Part shown: piece by piece, positions 16,090 through 24,944 of the stretch
How positions within the stretch are numbered: the first letter of the stretch is position 1
Layout: each line of letters starts with the position of its first letter
Notes under the pieces: generated by a model
The model's input: the letters and a program-made list of their open reading frames with translations, nothing else
Database searches by the model: none
What the model was told of the DNA's origin: nothing
Made by a program: the position numbers and the translations under genes
Virus record (IMG/VR): IMGVR_UViG_3300020044_007934
Coordinates: 1 to 37,825 of that record
Direction: 5' to 3' (one strand)
Length of the DNA stretch: 37,825 nt
From: a virus
Lineage: Duplodnaviria; Caudoviricetes

Positions 16090-18131
16090 TTTGGCGACCC
16101 CTTTTTGACTTCCATATACCATTGCCCAAAACTTACACGCTGGTCTAAATCGTTACCAGTTATGTCCATTTGCACAAAGCGACCGTTCTTTTCTACCGCA
16201 ATTCGCCCTTTTTCGCTAGGGTCTGGCACTGTGTAATTCGTGTTAGAGCGCGTTGCCCCTAAAGGATAATCCTGCGTCAAAACATTGACGTTAAAATCAC
16301 CAGTTAGCCCCTGCATGTCAGGAATAAACGCGCCTATTTGCACCGTATCAGTACCGCCGAATATCTTATTTGTCGTAAGCTGCCATGCCATCCCTGCGCC
16401 GTTATCATTTACACCATTTTCATGTAAATAGGCGTTATTATCTAGCCCTATCATTAAAGGGTTTTGGGTTAAAACGCTTGGATATTCCGCAGCCGTGCGT
16501 GAAATAGTATCCATAACCCACACTTGCGTATCAATGTTATATCGGGCAATTCTATCGGGCTCGTTACTCGAAGCACTTGGGTAATGCCACCAAATCTCAC
16601 GATATTTAGCATTATACCATGCAAATATCTTATCAGCTTGCGCGTAGTTCAAGTCGTCAAAAACATATCGTAAAATTGTACTTTCATTGCCAGAATTTGA
16701 AGGCACAACTTCCACATTTGCCCCGCGCCACATATAGAAGTTATCAACGCCCATCCAGTAACCTACGCCTAATGCAGAGACCCTTGCGTTTTGCCCGATA
16801 ATACCTATCCCCGCATCAAGTAACAGCGTTTCCCAAATAAACTGCCCACCAATATAACGGAAAGTGTAAGTTTGATTATCAGTGAAAAGCAAATTAGTGC
16901 CGCGCACGTTGAGTTGTGACGTAAACCGTCCTGCACCCTCGATAGTATCGCTACCCGCTTGTCCAGTCGTCCAGTTAGTAAGCGAGCCTTGATTGCTCCA
17001 TGATATACCGTTGGCATTATCCGCCGCTAGTGCTGAATCATATCCTAATGCTACGACAATTTCGTTAGACACAAACACATAATTACATGGCGGGGAGTTT
17101 GTGACCTTAACAGGAGCAACCGATATATCTGCGTCCCATTGATAAATGTCTGATTGTGCGTTGAAAGCTGAAAGCAGCAAGTCACCAAAACGAGCATGTG
17201 ACCATAATCTTGCGGGGGTTTGGTTTGATGCGGTTTTTGCTACGCCGTATAACCCAACACCATAAAGCCCTAATCCGTAGCCTGTACCTGTTATCGTATC
17301 AGCTTGCCCCGCTGCTATTTGCGGATATAGATTAATTCCTGCGCCGCCACCGCCTGTTACCGATGATGAAGCCTTGCCAGCCGTAACTACGTCAAAAGTA
17401 TTCGTGGTAATATTTCTGATAATAAACTCTAAGTTAATAGAAGCCGCCAAAATACCGCCTGTATCAGCAGCGCCTGCAATCTTTACACGATAGCCACTTA
17501 GTAACCCATGCGATGCTTTTGTGACGGTGATGATGCCGCTTGTGCGTACTACTGATGCGCCACCGCCTGAACCTGTGCTGGTGGCAGCGGTTGAGACAAT
17601 AACCGTATAAGAGTTGGTAGAAACCGAGCGCACAAACAAATCAGCGTTTATCTCACCCGATGGAATGCCATTAACCGCTGACGACCCCGATAGTGTGACA
17701 ATATCCCCAGCTTGGAATTTGTGCGCCGTGTCTGTAATGGTGATTGTGGTGCTTCCGTTCACCGTAGCAATAGGATTGCTTCCTAGTGTAGCGCGATATG
17801 TTGCTAATGAATTAGGCGCAGTGACCGCGACCGTAGTAAGTGGCGTGATATTGGTTAGGTTTGTACCAAGCAAATCAAATAGCGCAGTATTAGAGCCTAT
17901 CAGATACCGATTATACGAATTAAGATTATAGGAATAAATCGAGCGCGATACACCAGAAAATGACTCACCCGCGTCTAATGTGATGGAAGACCAGCCACCT
18001 ATTTTCTCAGGATACCCGCCAACAAAACGAATTTTATCCGCAAATGTATAGTGCTGCGTTGTCGATTCGGGCATGTCAAGGCTCGATTCAACACCAGCTA
18101 ATATCTGTATTGGTATTAATTCGCCTGACAT
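16086..18131 (-). CDS. Tail nozzle / packaged-DNA stabilisation protein (P22 gp10 / T7 gp12-like beta-propeller)
   Basis: 681-aa beta-rich protein in nozzle position, with ISWSNQ...NW and EIWWHYPS motifs and two inserted ~70-aa repeats. Confidence 0.75.
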   Translation of the reverse strand: MSGELIPIQILAGVESSLDMPESTTQHYTFADKIRFVGGYPEKIGGWSSITLDAGESFSGVSRSIYSYNLNSYNRYLIGSNTALFDLLGTNLTNITPLTTVAVTAPNSLATYRATLGSNPIATVNGSTTITITDTAHKFQAGDIVTLSGSSAVNGIPSGEINADLFVRSVSTNSYTVIVSTAATSTGSGGGASVVRTSGIITVTKASHGLLSGYRVKIAGAADTGGILAASINLEFIIRNITTNTFDVVTAGKASSSVTGGGGAGINLYPQIAAGQADTITGTGYGLGLYGVGLYGVAKTASNQTPARLWSHARFGDLLLSAFNAQSDIYQWDADISVAPVKVTNSPPCNYVFVSNEIVVALGYDSALAADNANGISWSNQGSLTNWTTGQAGSDTIEGAGRFTSQLNVRGTNLLFTDNQTYTFRYIGGQFIWETLLLDAGIGIIGQNARVSALGVGYWMGVDNFYMWRGANVEVVPSNSGNESTILRYVFDDLNYAQADKIFAWYNAKYREIWWHYPSASSNEPDRIARYNIDTQVWVMDTISRTAAEYPSVLTQNPLMIGLDNNAYLHENGVNDNGAGMAWQLTTNKIFGGTDTVQIGAFIPDMQGLTGDFNVNVLTQDYPLGATRSNTNYTVPDPSEKGRIAVEKNGRFVQMDITGNDLDQRVSFGQWYMEVKKGSPK

Positions 18132-18141
18132 TTAGAATCCT

Positions 18142-18996
18142 TTATTGGTCGCCGTAAAACGTCATATATACTTGCGTAGGGTCTTCTGTTCCAACTATGT
18201 TAGACCCTGCAAAGTTGCGGCATAGAACACGGCAAGTTGTCGTGGTTGGTAAATTTGCAGAATCAAGATAAATCATTTTTAGCACTATCGAGCCTGTGGC
18301 GGATGATGAAGGACAAAATCCGATTGCAATTCCATATTCCGCAGATGAAAATGCGGTTGTATAAGTAATAGTATAGTCGCCTGTACCATTTTTTGTAACT
18401 GATGCTATGTTATATGAAGCAAGTATAGTCCCCGCCGCATTAAATTTAACCCATGCCTTAGCTGCCGATGGGTGGAATTGCTGTCTGGCTGGTGAAGTAT
18501 ATGCTGTGGTGATTGAGCCAGCCTCCTGTTCTGCTTGTGATGCAGCCGCCACAGCCGCAACAGTCTTAACATCCGCCGCCACCGCCCAGCTAGTACCATT
18601 ACATACCAACATAACCGAATCATTCTGCGTGCTGATTACATAAGTAGTTGCACCGTCAATAGTTTCGCTCGAATTGCCATCAATCGTAACTGTGTTAGAG
18701 CTAGAATCGGTCTTTTTCACGATAACCATGAACCCATCGCCAGCCGTTGCCGCTGCGAGTAGGTTTACAGTAATAGCCGCAGACGTAGCATTAGCCAGAA
18801 TGACTTTGTTTCTATCGCTTGTGCTGGTAGATACAGGTGACGTAGTAACTGTACGAGTGACATTATCCGATGCCACTTTAAGCAATGAATCAAGCGAATC
18901 AAAGTTAGTGTTAAGCTGCGCTCCCCATAAATCCGCATCAATGGCGTTATTAACTAGGGGCTTATTAAAGCTATAATTCGTTGTAGTGGTTGGCAT
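18142..18996 (-). CDS. Short fibre / fibre-adaptor virion protein
   Basis: WGAQLNTNFDSLD N-terminus, VIVKKTDSSSNTVTIDG module and C-terminal AKAWVKFN...SYNIASVTKNGTGDYTI fibre-tip module. Confidence 0.7.
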   Translation of the reverse strand: MPTTTTNYSFNKPLVNNAIDADLWGAQLNTNFDSLDSLLKVASDNVTRTVTTSPVSTSTSDRNKVILANATSAAITVNLLAAATAGDGFMVIVKKTDSSSNTVTIDGNSSETIDGATTYVISTQNDSVMLVCNGTSWAVAADVKTVAAVAAASQAEQEAGSITTAYTSPARQQFHPSAAKAWVKFNAAGTILASYNIASVTKNGTGDYTITYTTAFSSAEYGIAIGFCPSSSATGSIVLKMIYLDSANLPTTTTCRVLCRNFAGSNIVGTEDPTQVYMTFYGDQ

Positions 18997-19225
18997 TTTT
19001 ATGCTCCCATAGTTTATAAACTACGTCATTTGATTTTAGATTCTTCGCCTCGAACGATGAGATGTGAACCCCAGCCGCTTCGCATTTAGACTGCCACAAA
19101 AGAACAGGGTCGGGGATATACTCGGCATACATGCTGCCTATCGTATTCCCACCCAAATCGATACAAAGATAGATTTTACCATCAAAGTACCAATCTCCGC
19201 CCTTGTCTTTTGCAACTAACTCCAT
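18971..19225 (-). CDS. Hypothetical protein
   Basis: 84-aa ORF, TAATG-coupled in the virion operon. Confidence 0.5.
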   Translation of the reverse strand: MELVAKDKGGDWYFDGKIYLCIDLGGNTIGSMYAEYIPDPVLLWQSKCEAAGVHISSFEAKNLKSNDVVYKLWEHKNANHYNEL

Positions 19226-19470
19226 TATGGGAACACAATCACGTCATAAACAGATGTGTTAGAGGCTTGCGATTTAAAGCCGATTGTTTTAGTTGAAACG
19301 TCCTTGCTGTTTACATAAACATCGTTTGGCGTACCAGCTGCCGTGTTTAAGCTAACCAGAACCACGCTATCAGCTTCCAATACAGGCACTTTAAGAGTTA
19401 CCTCAGTAGTGCCGTTTGCTGTGATTTGCCCTGCGATATAACGCTTAATATCACCACTTGTAATTGCCAT
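19225..19470 (-). CDS. Small putative virion protein
   Basis: 81-aa beta-rich ORF with AAGGAG RBS. Confidence 0.6.
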   Translation of the reverse strand: MAITSGDIKRYIAGQITANGTTEVTLKVPVLEADSVVLVSLNTAAGTPNDVYVNSKDVSTKTIGFKSQASNTSVYDVIVFP

Positions 19471-19480
19471 TGTAATCTCC

Positions 19481-20125
19481 TTAATACCAGTTGTTTAAAA
19501 TTGTGCTTATGGTTAGCTCGCCAGTTGAAAGCCGACTATCATTTCGCGTTTGCAATGCTTTAAATTCATTGTCTTCTAGCGTCTGATAATACATGCCTCT
19601 TTCTGTATCCTCTTTATCCTCAGCGTAAATGTTTTTCAGTGTATGCATCATGATTAAATCTTCTGCATTATCTGTAAAATCATTTGTATCGCTGTCATTT
19701 ACTAAATCATCATATTTCTTTAGCCATCTAAACTCCAGCGGGTACGCTTCTTGTGGCGTTGGCAAAAGCAAATACTGATTATCTCTAAACGTATAACTAT
19801 CGGGTCTGCCTGTTTGGTCAAAATTGCGCTCAACATAAATGTTTGTGGCAATCTTTTTTAAATCAATGCGAACCTGATTATCAATTAAAGTAAGACCGTT
19901 GACTTGCAGCTCGTTGATTAAATTGCTTGGCAAGCTGGGGACTACATTATCCCCAGCCGTCAAAGTAATAGTAACCAAGTCTTCGTTGAACCAGAACTGC
20001 TTATTTTGATAAAAGCGAATAGCGCGATTAATCTCACTATCAACTACAGAAGCAGACAAGGAAGTGAAGTCGCTATCTTGCGATTTACGAGCAACCCTAT
20101 CTCTTATCTGCTTCAATGTAGCCAT
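19481..20125 (-). CDS. Head-tail adaptor (gatekeeper) protein
   Basis: 214 aa with MATLKQIRDRV, TGRPDSY, LLPTP and DTNDF, a typical podophage adaptor pattern and position. Confidence 0.75.
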   Translation of the reverse strand: MATLKQIRDRVARKSQDSDFTSLSASVVDSEINRAIRFYQNKQFWFNEDLVTITLTAGDNVVPSLPSNLINELQVNGLTLIDNQVRIDLKKIATNIYVERNFDQTGRPDSYTFRDNQYLLLPTPQEAYPLEFRWLKKYDDLVNDSDTNDFTDNAEDLIMMHTLKNIYAEDKEDTERGMYYQTLEDNEFKALQTRNDSRLSTGELTISTILNNWY

Positions 20126-20162
20126 AACGCCCTTACCTAGAAAGCCCTTCCGTGTTCAGACG

Positions 20163-20624
20163 TTATGCGTCGTATGATACAGCAACACTAAATGCAATAT
20201 CAGCCGTAGCGTCAGCGTTGGCAGTGTTGATTGTAACAGCCAACCAGCCATTTGCAGTAGTGGTCAGTGTCAGACCAGTAGTCTCATCAATCGTAACGAA
20301 GCCGCCAGATTGAGGAGCTGTAGCCGCTGAAGCAAAAGCATCTACGTCGTTAGTGTTGTTAGCATTGTCATCATAAATGATACCCAAATCTACAGTTGTA
20401 CTAGCAGCACCAAAGTTGCCACAATACACAGATTTATCATTGATGATGAATTTTGCGCCTTTTTGAAAAGGAACAAGACCCACAATGCTAGTTGCAACCG
20501 TACCAGATGGTACGGATACAGTGCCAGTCACTTGGCGAAGGGCACCAAAGTTATCATGTTTAACTTTGTTAAAATCAGTGCTATTGCCAGCGAAGCCAGT
20601 AGGAACGATGTTAGGTGTAGTCAT
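20163..20624 (-). CDS. Putative capsid decoration/cement protein
   Basis: 153-aa T/A/G/V-rich beta protein immediately after the major capsid gene. Confidence 0.6.
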   Translation of the reverse strand: MTTPNIVPTGFAGNSTDFNKVKHDNFGALRQVTGTVSVPSGTVATSIVGLVPFQKGAKFIINDKSVYCGNFGAASTTVDLGIIYDDNANNTNDVDAFASAATAPQSGGFVTIDETTGLTLTTTANGWLAVTINTANADATADIAFSVAVSYDA

Positions 20625-20633
20625 AATGTCCCC

Positions 20634-21767
20634 CTATGAGTGAGCTGTTGCGTATGTTGAAATAACAAATGCGCCAATATCTTCTGCGTTACTTGGAGAC
20701 ATTTTCTTCACGCCGTAGATAGAGCGGAAGTCCATACCTTTAATGTAATCGTAATCAGACAATTGAACAAACATTTTGAACGGCACTTTTGTATCGTTCG
20801 CACTGATACCGCCAACAGGTGAGGCAAACGAAAGCGCGTCTTTACCAACCAACACAGCGCGGCGAGCAGCGGTTACAACGGCACTTGTAGAACCGTTTAC
20901 ACCTTGAGCAACGCGAGGAGCTTGATAAATTTTGACGTTCAAATACTCACCAACCATTACTGGTTTAGTGCCGCCCTTGTAAGTCAGGTTGCTTTCTTTG
21001 CCACCATTTACTTTTGCAAGTTCGTTGTTGTACCATTGAATTTTGCCGCCGCTGTCTTGGCGCAAATCAACCACTTGATACGGATGCAAAAACAGCTTGA
21101 AATAGCCATCAGCGCAAGGTTCAATTGGTTGGTCAGCAGACAGGATTTTCTCAACAGCATAATCAACCAAGTCCATGCTCATCGTATCGTTAGATGTCAA
21201 AGATTGGTCAGCCGCTACAGCACCAGCGCGAAGAATGCGGTTGGTGGTTGGAGCAGTTGGAACGTTGTGACCTTGCGCTTGCAGTTTTTGAGCCGCAGTT
21301 GCATAAGTTGTGCCGTTCATTGAGAATGATGTCGGATTAACACCAGCAAGTTGTTGGAAAATTGCAGTATCCATTAATTCAAGTGCGCGGTTCGCTTGAA
21401 GGCGAGCAGTCACTTCATCAAATTGGATGTTTGTGCGTTGCTGTTCAATAGAGCTATTGTTAGGGCTTGACACCGCAATGCGAGTAAGACCAATAGCCAT
21501 ATTGTGCGTGCCAGTGTCTAATGCTTCCTCGTTACCGAAAGCTACAGAGCCTTCGCCGAGTGGATTAGCAACCAGTTTGCCAACATAATCAAATGTTAAA
21601 TTGTCGCCGCGACCGTTGTCACCGCGAAATGCCGCAGAAGCATCGTAAATTGAGCCTGATTGCACCAATTCACCGAATGCTGTTTGCTGGAATGCTTCTA
21701 CCCATGTTTTCTTTTCCCATTTTGCAATGGTTGAGTTATTGGCAGAAGTCATAACTGTTGTAGCCAT
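20634..21767 (-). CDS. Major capsid protein (N4-gp56/DUF4043-like, HK97 fold)
   Basis: 377 aa with GDNLTF...GNEEAL, LFLHPYQVVDLRQD and RRAVLVG...DYDY...IYGVKK. Follows the scaffold gene. Confidence 0.9.
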   Translation of the reverse strand: MATTVMTSANNSTIAKWEKKTWVEAFQQTAFGELVQSGSIYDASAAFRGDNGRGDNLTFDYVGKLVANPLGEGSVAFGNEEALDTGTHNMAIGLTRIAVSSPNNSSIEQQRTNIQFDEVTARLQANRALELMDTAIFQQLAGVNPTSFSMNGTTYATAAQKLQAQGHNVPTAPTTNRILRAGAVAADQSLTSNDTMSMDLVDYAVEKILSADQPIEPCADGYFKLFLHPYQVVDLRQDSGGKIQWYNNELAKVNGGKESNLTYKGGTKPVMVGEYLNVKIYQAPRVAQGVNGSTSAVVTAARRAVLVGKDALSFASPVGGISANDTKVPFKMFVQLSDYDYIKGMDFRSIYGVKKMSPSNAEDIGAFVISTYATAHS

Positions 21768-21936
21768 GATATACCTCTTCAGTTAATGTTTTAATTAACC
21801 GCCAACTCATGTAAGTCTGAGATACCTCGATTTTTGCAGGAAATCGGTAAAACCATGCTTTTAAAGGGGGCTACCCATGCTGTCAAAGAAGCTACTCTTA
21901 TAAGGCGTGTGTCATATACCTATACAACACACGCCC

Positions 21937-21964
21937 ATAATATCAGTTATTTAAATTAAATCAA
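21937..21964 (-). promoter_or_regulatory. Candidate promoter for the capsid gene
   Basis: Minus strand TTGATT, 16-nt spacer, TATTAT, with a TG extended -10 element. Confidence 0.4.
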
Positions 21965-21966
21965 GC

Positions 21967-22830
21967 CTAAAATTTACCAGCCATCATTTGTCCGATAGTA
22001 AGATTAGAAACGTCCTCTAAATCGTCAAAATCACGCGCAACCGCTGTTGCACTTTTGCCACCACTGATTGCGTTTGGCTTCGCGGCTTCTCTTAGCGCTG
22101 CTTTTGCAGTCAAAGACTTTTCTTTTGTTGGTTGCTTGCCAGTTTTTTCGTATCCTAGCTTTTTAGCGTAAGATTCAAACCAATCCACAATGGCTTTGCC
22201 TTCTTTATAAACCGCCTCGACAGGGTCTTGCCCTTTTGCTGCTGCTGCATCAGCGATTTTCAACTTCTCAAAGCGCAAAATTTCCTCAGCTTGACGGCGT
22301 GACATACCACCTTGAACCATTCTATCAATGGTAATGTCTAAAGCAGTGGAAACAACGTCATCATAATCCGTAAAAGCTAACTTAAATTCCTCTTCAAGGC
22401 TATTCAGCTCAGTTTCAGCATTTTGCCGCCAGCTATTGACCTTATCTTTCATAATAATTTCATCAACCATAGCAAGCTTTTGACGTAATACATCGCTTTC
22501 GCTAACTTCTTCTGCGCTGTATTTAGCAGTTAAGGCTTTGCGCTCTTCTTCTGCCTTTTGCGCTGCCAGTGCTTCAGCTACACGCTTTTCGTTTTCTTCT
22601 TTTTTTAAGCGTTGACGCTCTCTATAAGCCTCTTGAGCTTTTTTATCTTTTTCTTCGTCCGATTCTTCGGCTGGTTTTTCTGACGCTTCAGTCTTTACTT
22701 CGGTAGGCTCTTCGGTTTCAGCCGTTTCAACCTCTACCACCTCAGTTACTTCTTCGGGTTTTTCTTCAACAAAAGGCTTGCCTTCCGTTTGTTTCTCTAA
22801 TTCTTCAATCTCTTTTAATAGTGCATCCAT
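21967..22830 (-). CDS. Scaffolding protein
   Basis: Highly acidic N-terminus and coiled coil, located between portal and capsid genes. Confidence 0.8.
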   Translation of the reverse strand: MDALLKEIEELEKQTEGKPFVEEKPEEVTEVVEVETAETEEPTEVKTEASEKPAEESDEEKDKKAQEAYRERQRLKKEENEKRVAEALAAQKAEEERKALTAKYSAEEVSESDVLRQKLAMVDEIIMKDKVNSWRQNAETELNSLEEEFKLAFTDYDDVVSTALDITIDRMVQGGMSRRQAEEILRFEKLKIADAAAAKGQDPVEAVYKEGKAIVDWFESYAKKLGYEKTGKQPTKEKSLTAKAALREAAKPNAISGGKSATAVARDFDDLEDVSNLTIGQMMAGKF

Positions 22831-22841
22831 TGGGCTTTCCT

Positions 22842-24944
22842 TTATATGGTTACATTTACTTCGCTCGGTAGTTTGTATTGCATGATGTCATTCTCAATAG
22901 CTTTACCTTCAGTTTCTTCAAGGGTTTTGCGGGTTTCTGCGACAGTTTGACGGGTTTCTGCCATTGCTTTTTGCGTCTTAGCTGTAACTTCCGCCGCGAC
23001 CGCTTGAAGTCTTTGTGTTTCAGCCTGCTGTAATGCAAGTGAAGCCTGAGAGTTTTGAGATTGCAATTCTTGAATCTGCGCTTGAAGCTGTTGAACGATT
23101 TGTGGGTCGATAGGTGCTTCACCCAAAAGAATGCGTTTAATGTTAGTTTTTTCACGGGTAGTAAATGGCATATATTCCACAGCCGCCGCGTACATTTCAC
23201 GATAACGCTGGTCGCCCACCTGCATCATGCCAGCCGCAACGTTACCAATTTGTTGCGTTTTATACTCTTTAAGTAACGGCGTTTCTGGTAACTCACCGAT
23301 GTCAATCTCATACTCATCCACCAAGAAATCTTGACTCATGCGCTCAAAAATAACTTGCCCATCATCATTCATAGCTTTAAACATTCTGCCATCACTTGCT
23401 GCAACCAAGAGACGCATAAACGATAGCATCATGCGAGCTTGCTCAACACCGTATAATTCAATACTATCAAAGTAAGGGGCAAGAATGGTAGTCGCTTGTG
23501 TCATGCGTTGACGCTGTAACATGGCGGTTTCGTTTCCGCTTGCTGATACACCGAAGAACGTTTCATCAATACCTGTAACTTGGCTCATCGAAGCGTCAGA
23601 TATTTGCAGGATATTTTCATACCCCGAAGGCATTGCAGGGGTGGCTTTTGGAATTACTTTACCACCCGATAACGCGCCATCCGCCACTTCAACCGCTGCT
23701 TGATTGCGAGTGTAGTTTTTCTCAAACGCTTGCACATTCTCAATTGCGCTTTTTTCATACATCACACCACCGCGAGAATTAGACGCGATAATCAGCATCA
23801 TCTCAGTAAGTGATTTATTGTAATAACGTGACGGGTCGCGCATCGAAGCAACAATGCCCGTCCATATCTTATTCACTTCATCACGGTCGCCCGTCTTAAA
23901 CTTAATGCTAAAGCCTTGCTGTGAGGGCGACTTAAACACGCGAAATACCTTATCACCGCTGTAAATTCCAGTGTAGTAAGCTTTGCGCTTTTCCTCAATA
24001 GGCTTGAACGGAATCTCAAACGCCTTAAAAATATCCGCCACTTGTTTTTTAATGCCCTGAGTAATCACAAGCACAAGTGCGGCAGGGTCGAAACTAAAAG
24101 CCTCTTCGTCATTGTTTACTTGTAAAAACGCCGCCGCTAATGCTTCTTGAAGCGCGGGGTTGTTCATTTGTAGCAAAGGATTATCAACGCGATAAAAGCT
24201 TTCAATCAGATAAAATTGGTGGAAGTAAACACGCACCATTGAGCGATTAGCGTCTGAATACTCAAAGCCTATTTTGTCATTAATGCCACCAATAGGATTA
24301 AATTGGTAGTTTGTATTGTCATCTAGCTGCACGGTCTCGAAATCTTCTTCTTCCGCATCAAACAAATGCTCAGCCTCTTCCGCATCATATTCCTTGACTC
24401 GGTAAACCCACCGCGAATCTAATAAATTAGGCTGTGTTGCTGCGGGGTCATAACCCACCTCTAAAGGATTGACCCGCTCAACAATAATCTCACCATTAGG
24501 GTCGCGTGTAGCCTCGCCACCGTTAAGCGTTAGGCATGTATCTGTTGCGCCTATGCCACCAATAACCATATCCATATCTTGGCGCGTTTCCATTTGATTT
24601 GCGTAGGTATTTTTGCGAATATAATCAGATAATGAATTAAGATAATCCGAGTACATTTGCTGTTCTGGCTTATCCGTTAGCTTGGCTTGGTAATCTGGCT
24701 TTTTACGCTGCCCAATCATAAATCCAACAATGGCGTTTACATAAGGCTTTACCTTATTAAACTCCACTTGCTTAATGCTTTGTGTCATACCCGCACCAAA
24801 TGCCACCGAATCACGATAAGCCATGTAGTCACCAGCATAGAACGCTTGGCATTCTTGAATGTGATTGCGCTGTGGTCGCAGCCCGACCTTGCTAATGTTG
24901 TATTGCTTTTGAGCTAATTTAAGAAATTCTTTTTTTGAAATCAT
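22842..24944 (-). CDS. Portal protein (P22-like)
   Basis: 700 aa after terL, with FYAGD...FNKVKPYVNAIVG and a Gln-rich C-terminal barrel helix. Confidence 0.9.
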   Translation of the reverse strand: MISKKEFLKLAQKQYNISKVGLRPQRNHIQECQAFYAGDYMAYRDSVAFGAGMTQSIKQVEFNKVKPYVNAIVGFMIGQRKKPDYQAKLTDKPEQQMYSDYLNSLSDYIRKNTYANQMETRQDMDMVIGGIGATDTCLTLNGGEATRDPNGEIIVERVNPLEVGYDPAATQPNLLDSRWVYRVKEYDAEEAEHLFDAEEEDFETVQLDDNTNYQFNPIGGINDKIGFEYSDANRSMVRVYFHQFYLIESFYRVDNPLLQMNNPALQEALAAAFLQVNNDEEAFSFDPAALVLVITQGIKKQVADIFKAFEIPFKPIEEKRKAYYTGIYSGDKVFRVFKSPSQQGFSIKFKTGDRDEVNKIWTGIVASMRDPSRYYNKSLTEMMLIIASNSRGGVMYEKSAIENVQAFEKNYTRNQAAVEVADGALSGGKVIPKATPAMPSGYENILQISDASMSQVTGIDETFFGVSASGNETAMLQRQRMTQATTILAPYFDSIELYGVEQARMMLSFMRLLVAASDGRMFKAMNDDGQVIFERMSQDFLVDEYEIDIGELPETPLLKEYKTQQIGNVAAGMMQVGDQRYREMYAAAVEYMPFTTREKTNIKRILLGEAPIDPQIVQQLQAQIQELQSQNSQASLALQQAETQRLQAVAAEVTAKTQKAMAETRQTVAETRKTLEETEGKAIENDIMQYKLPSEVNVTI

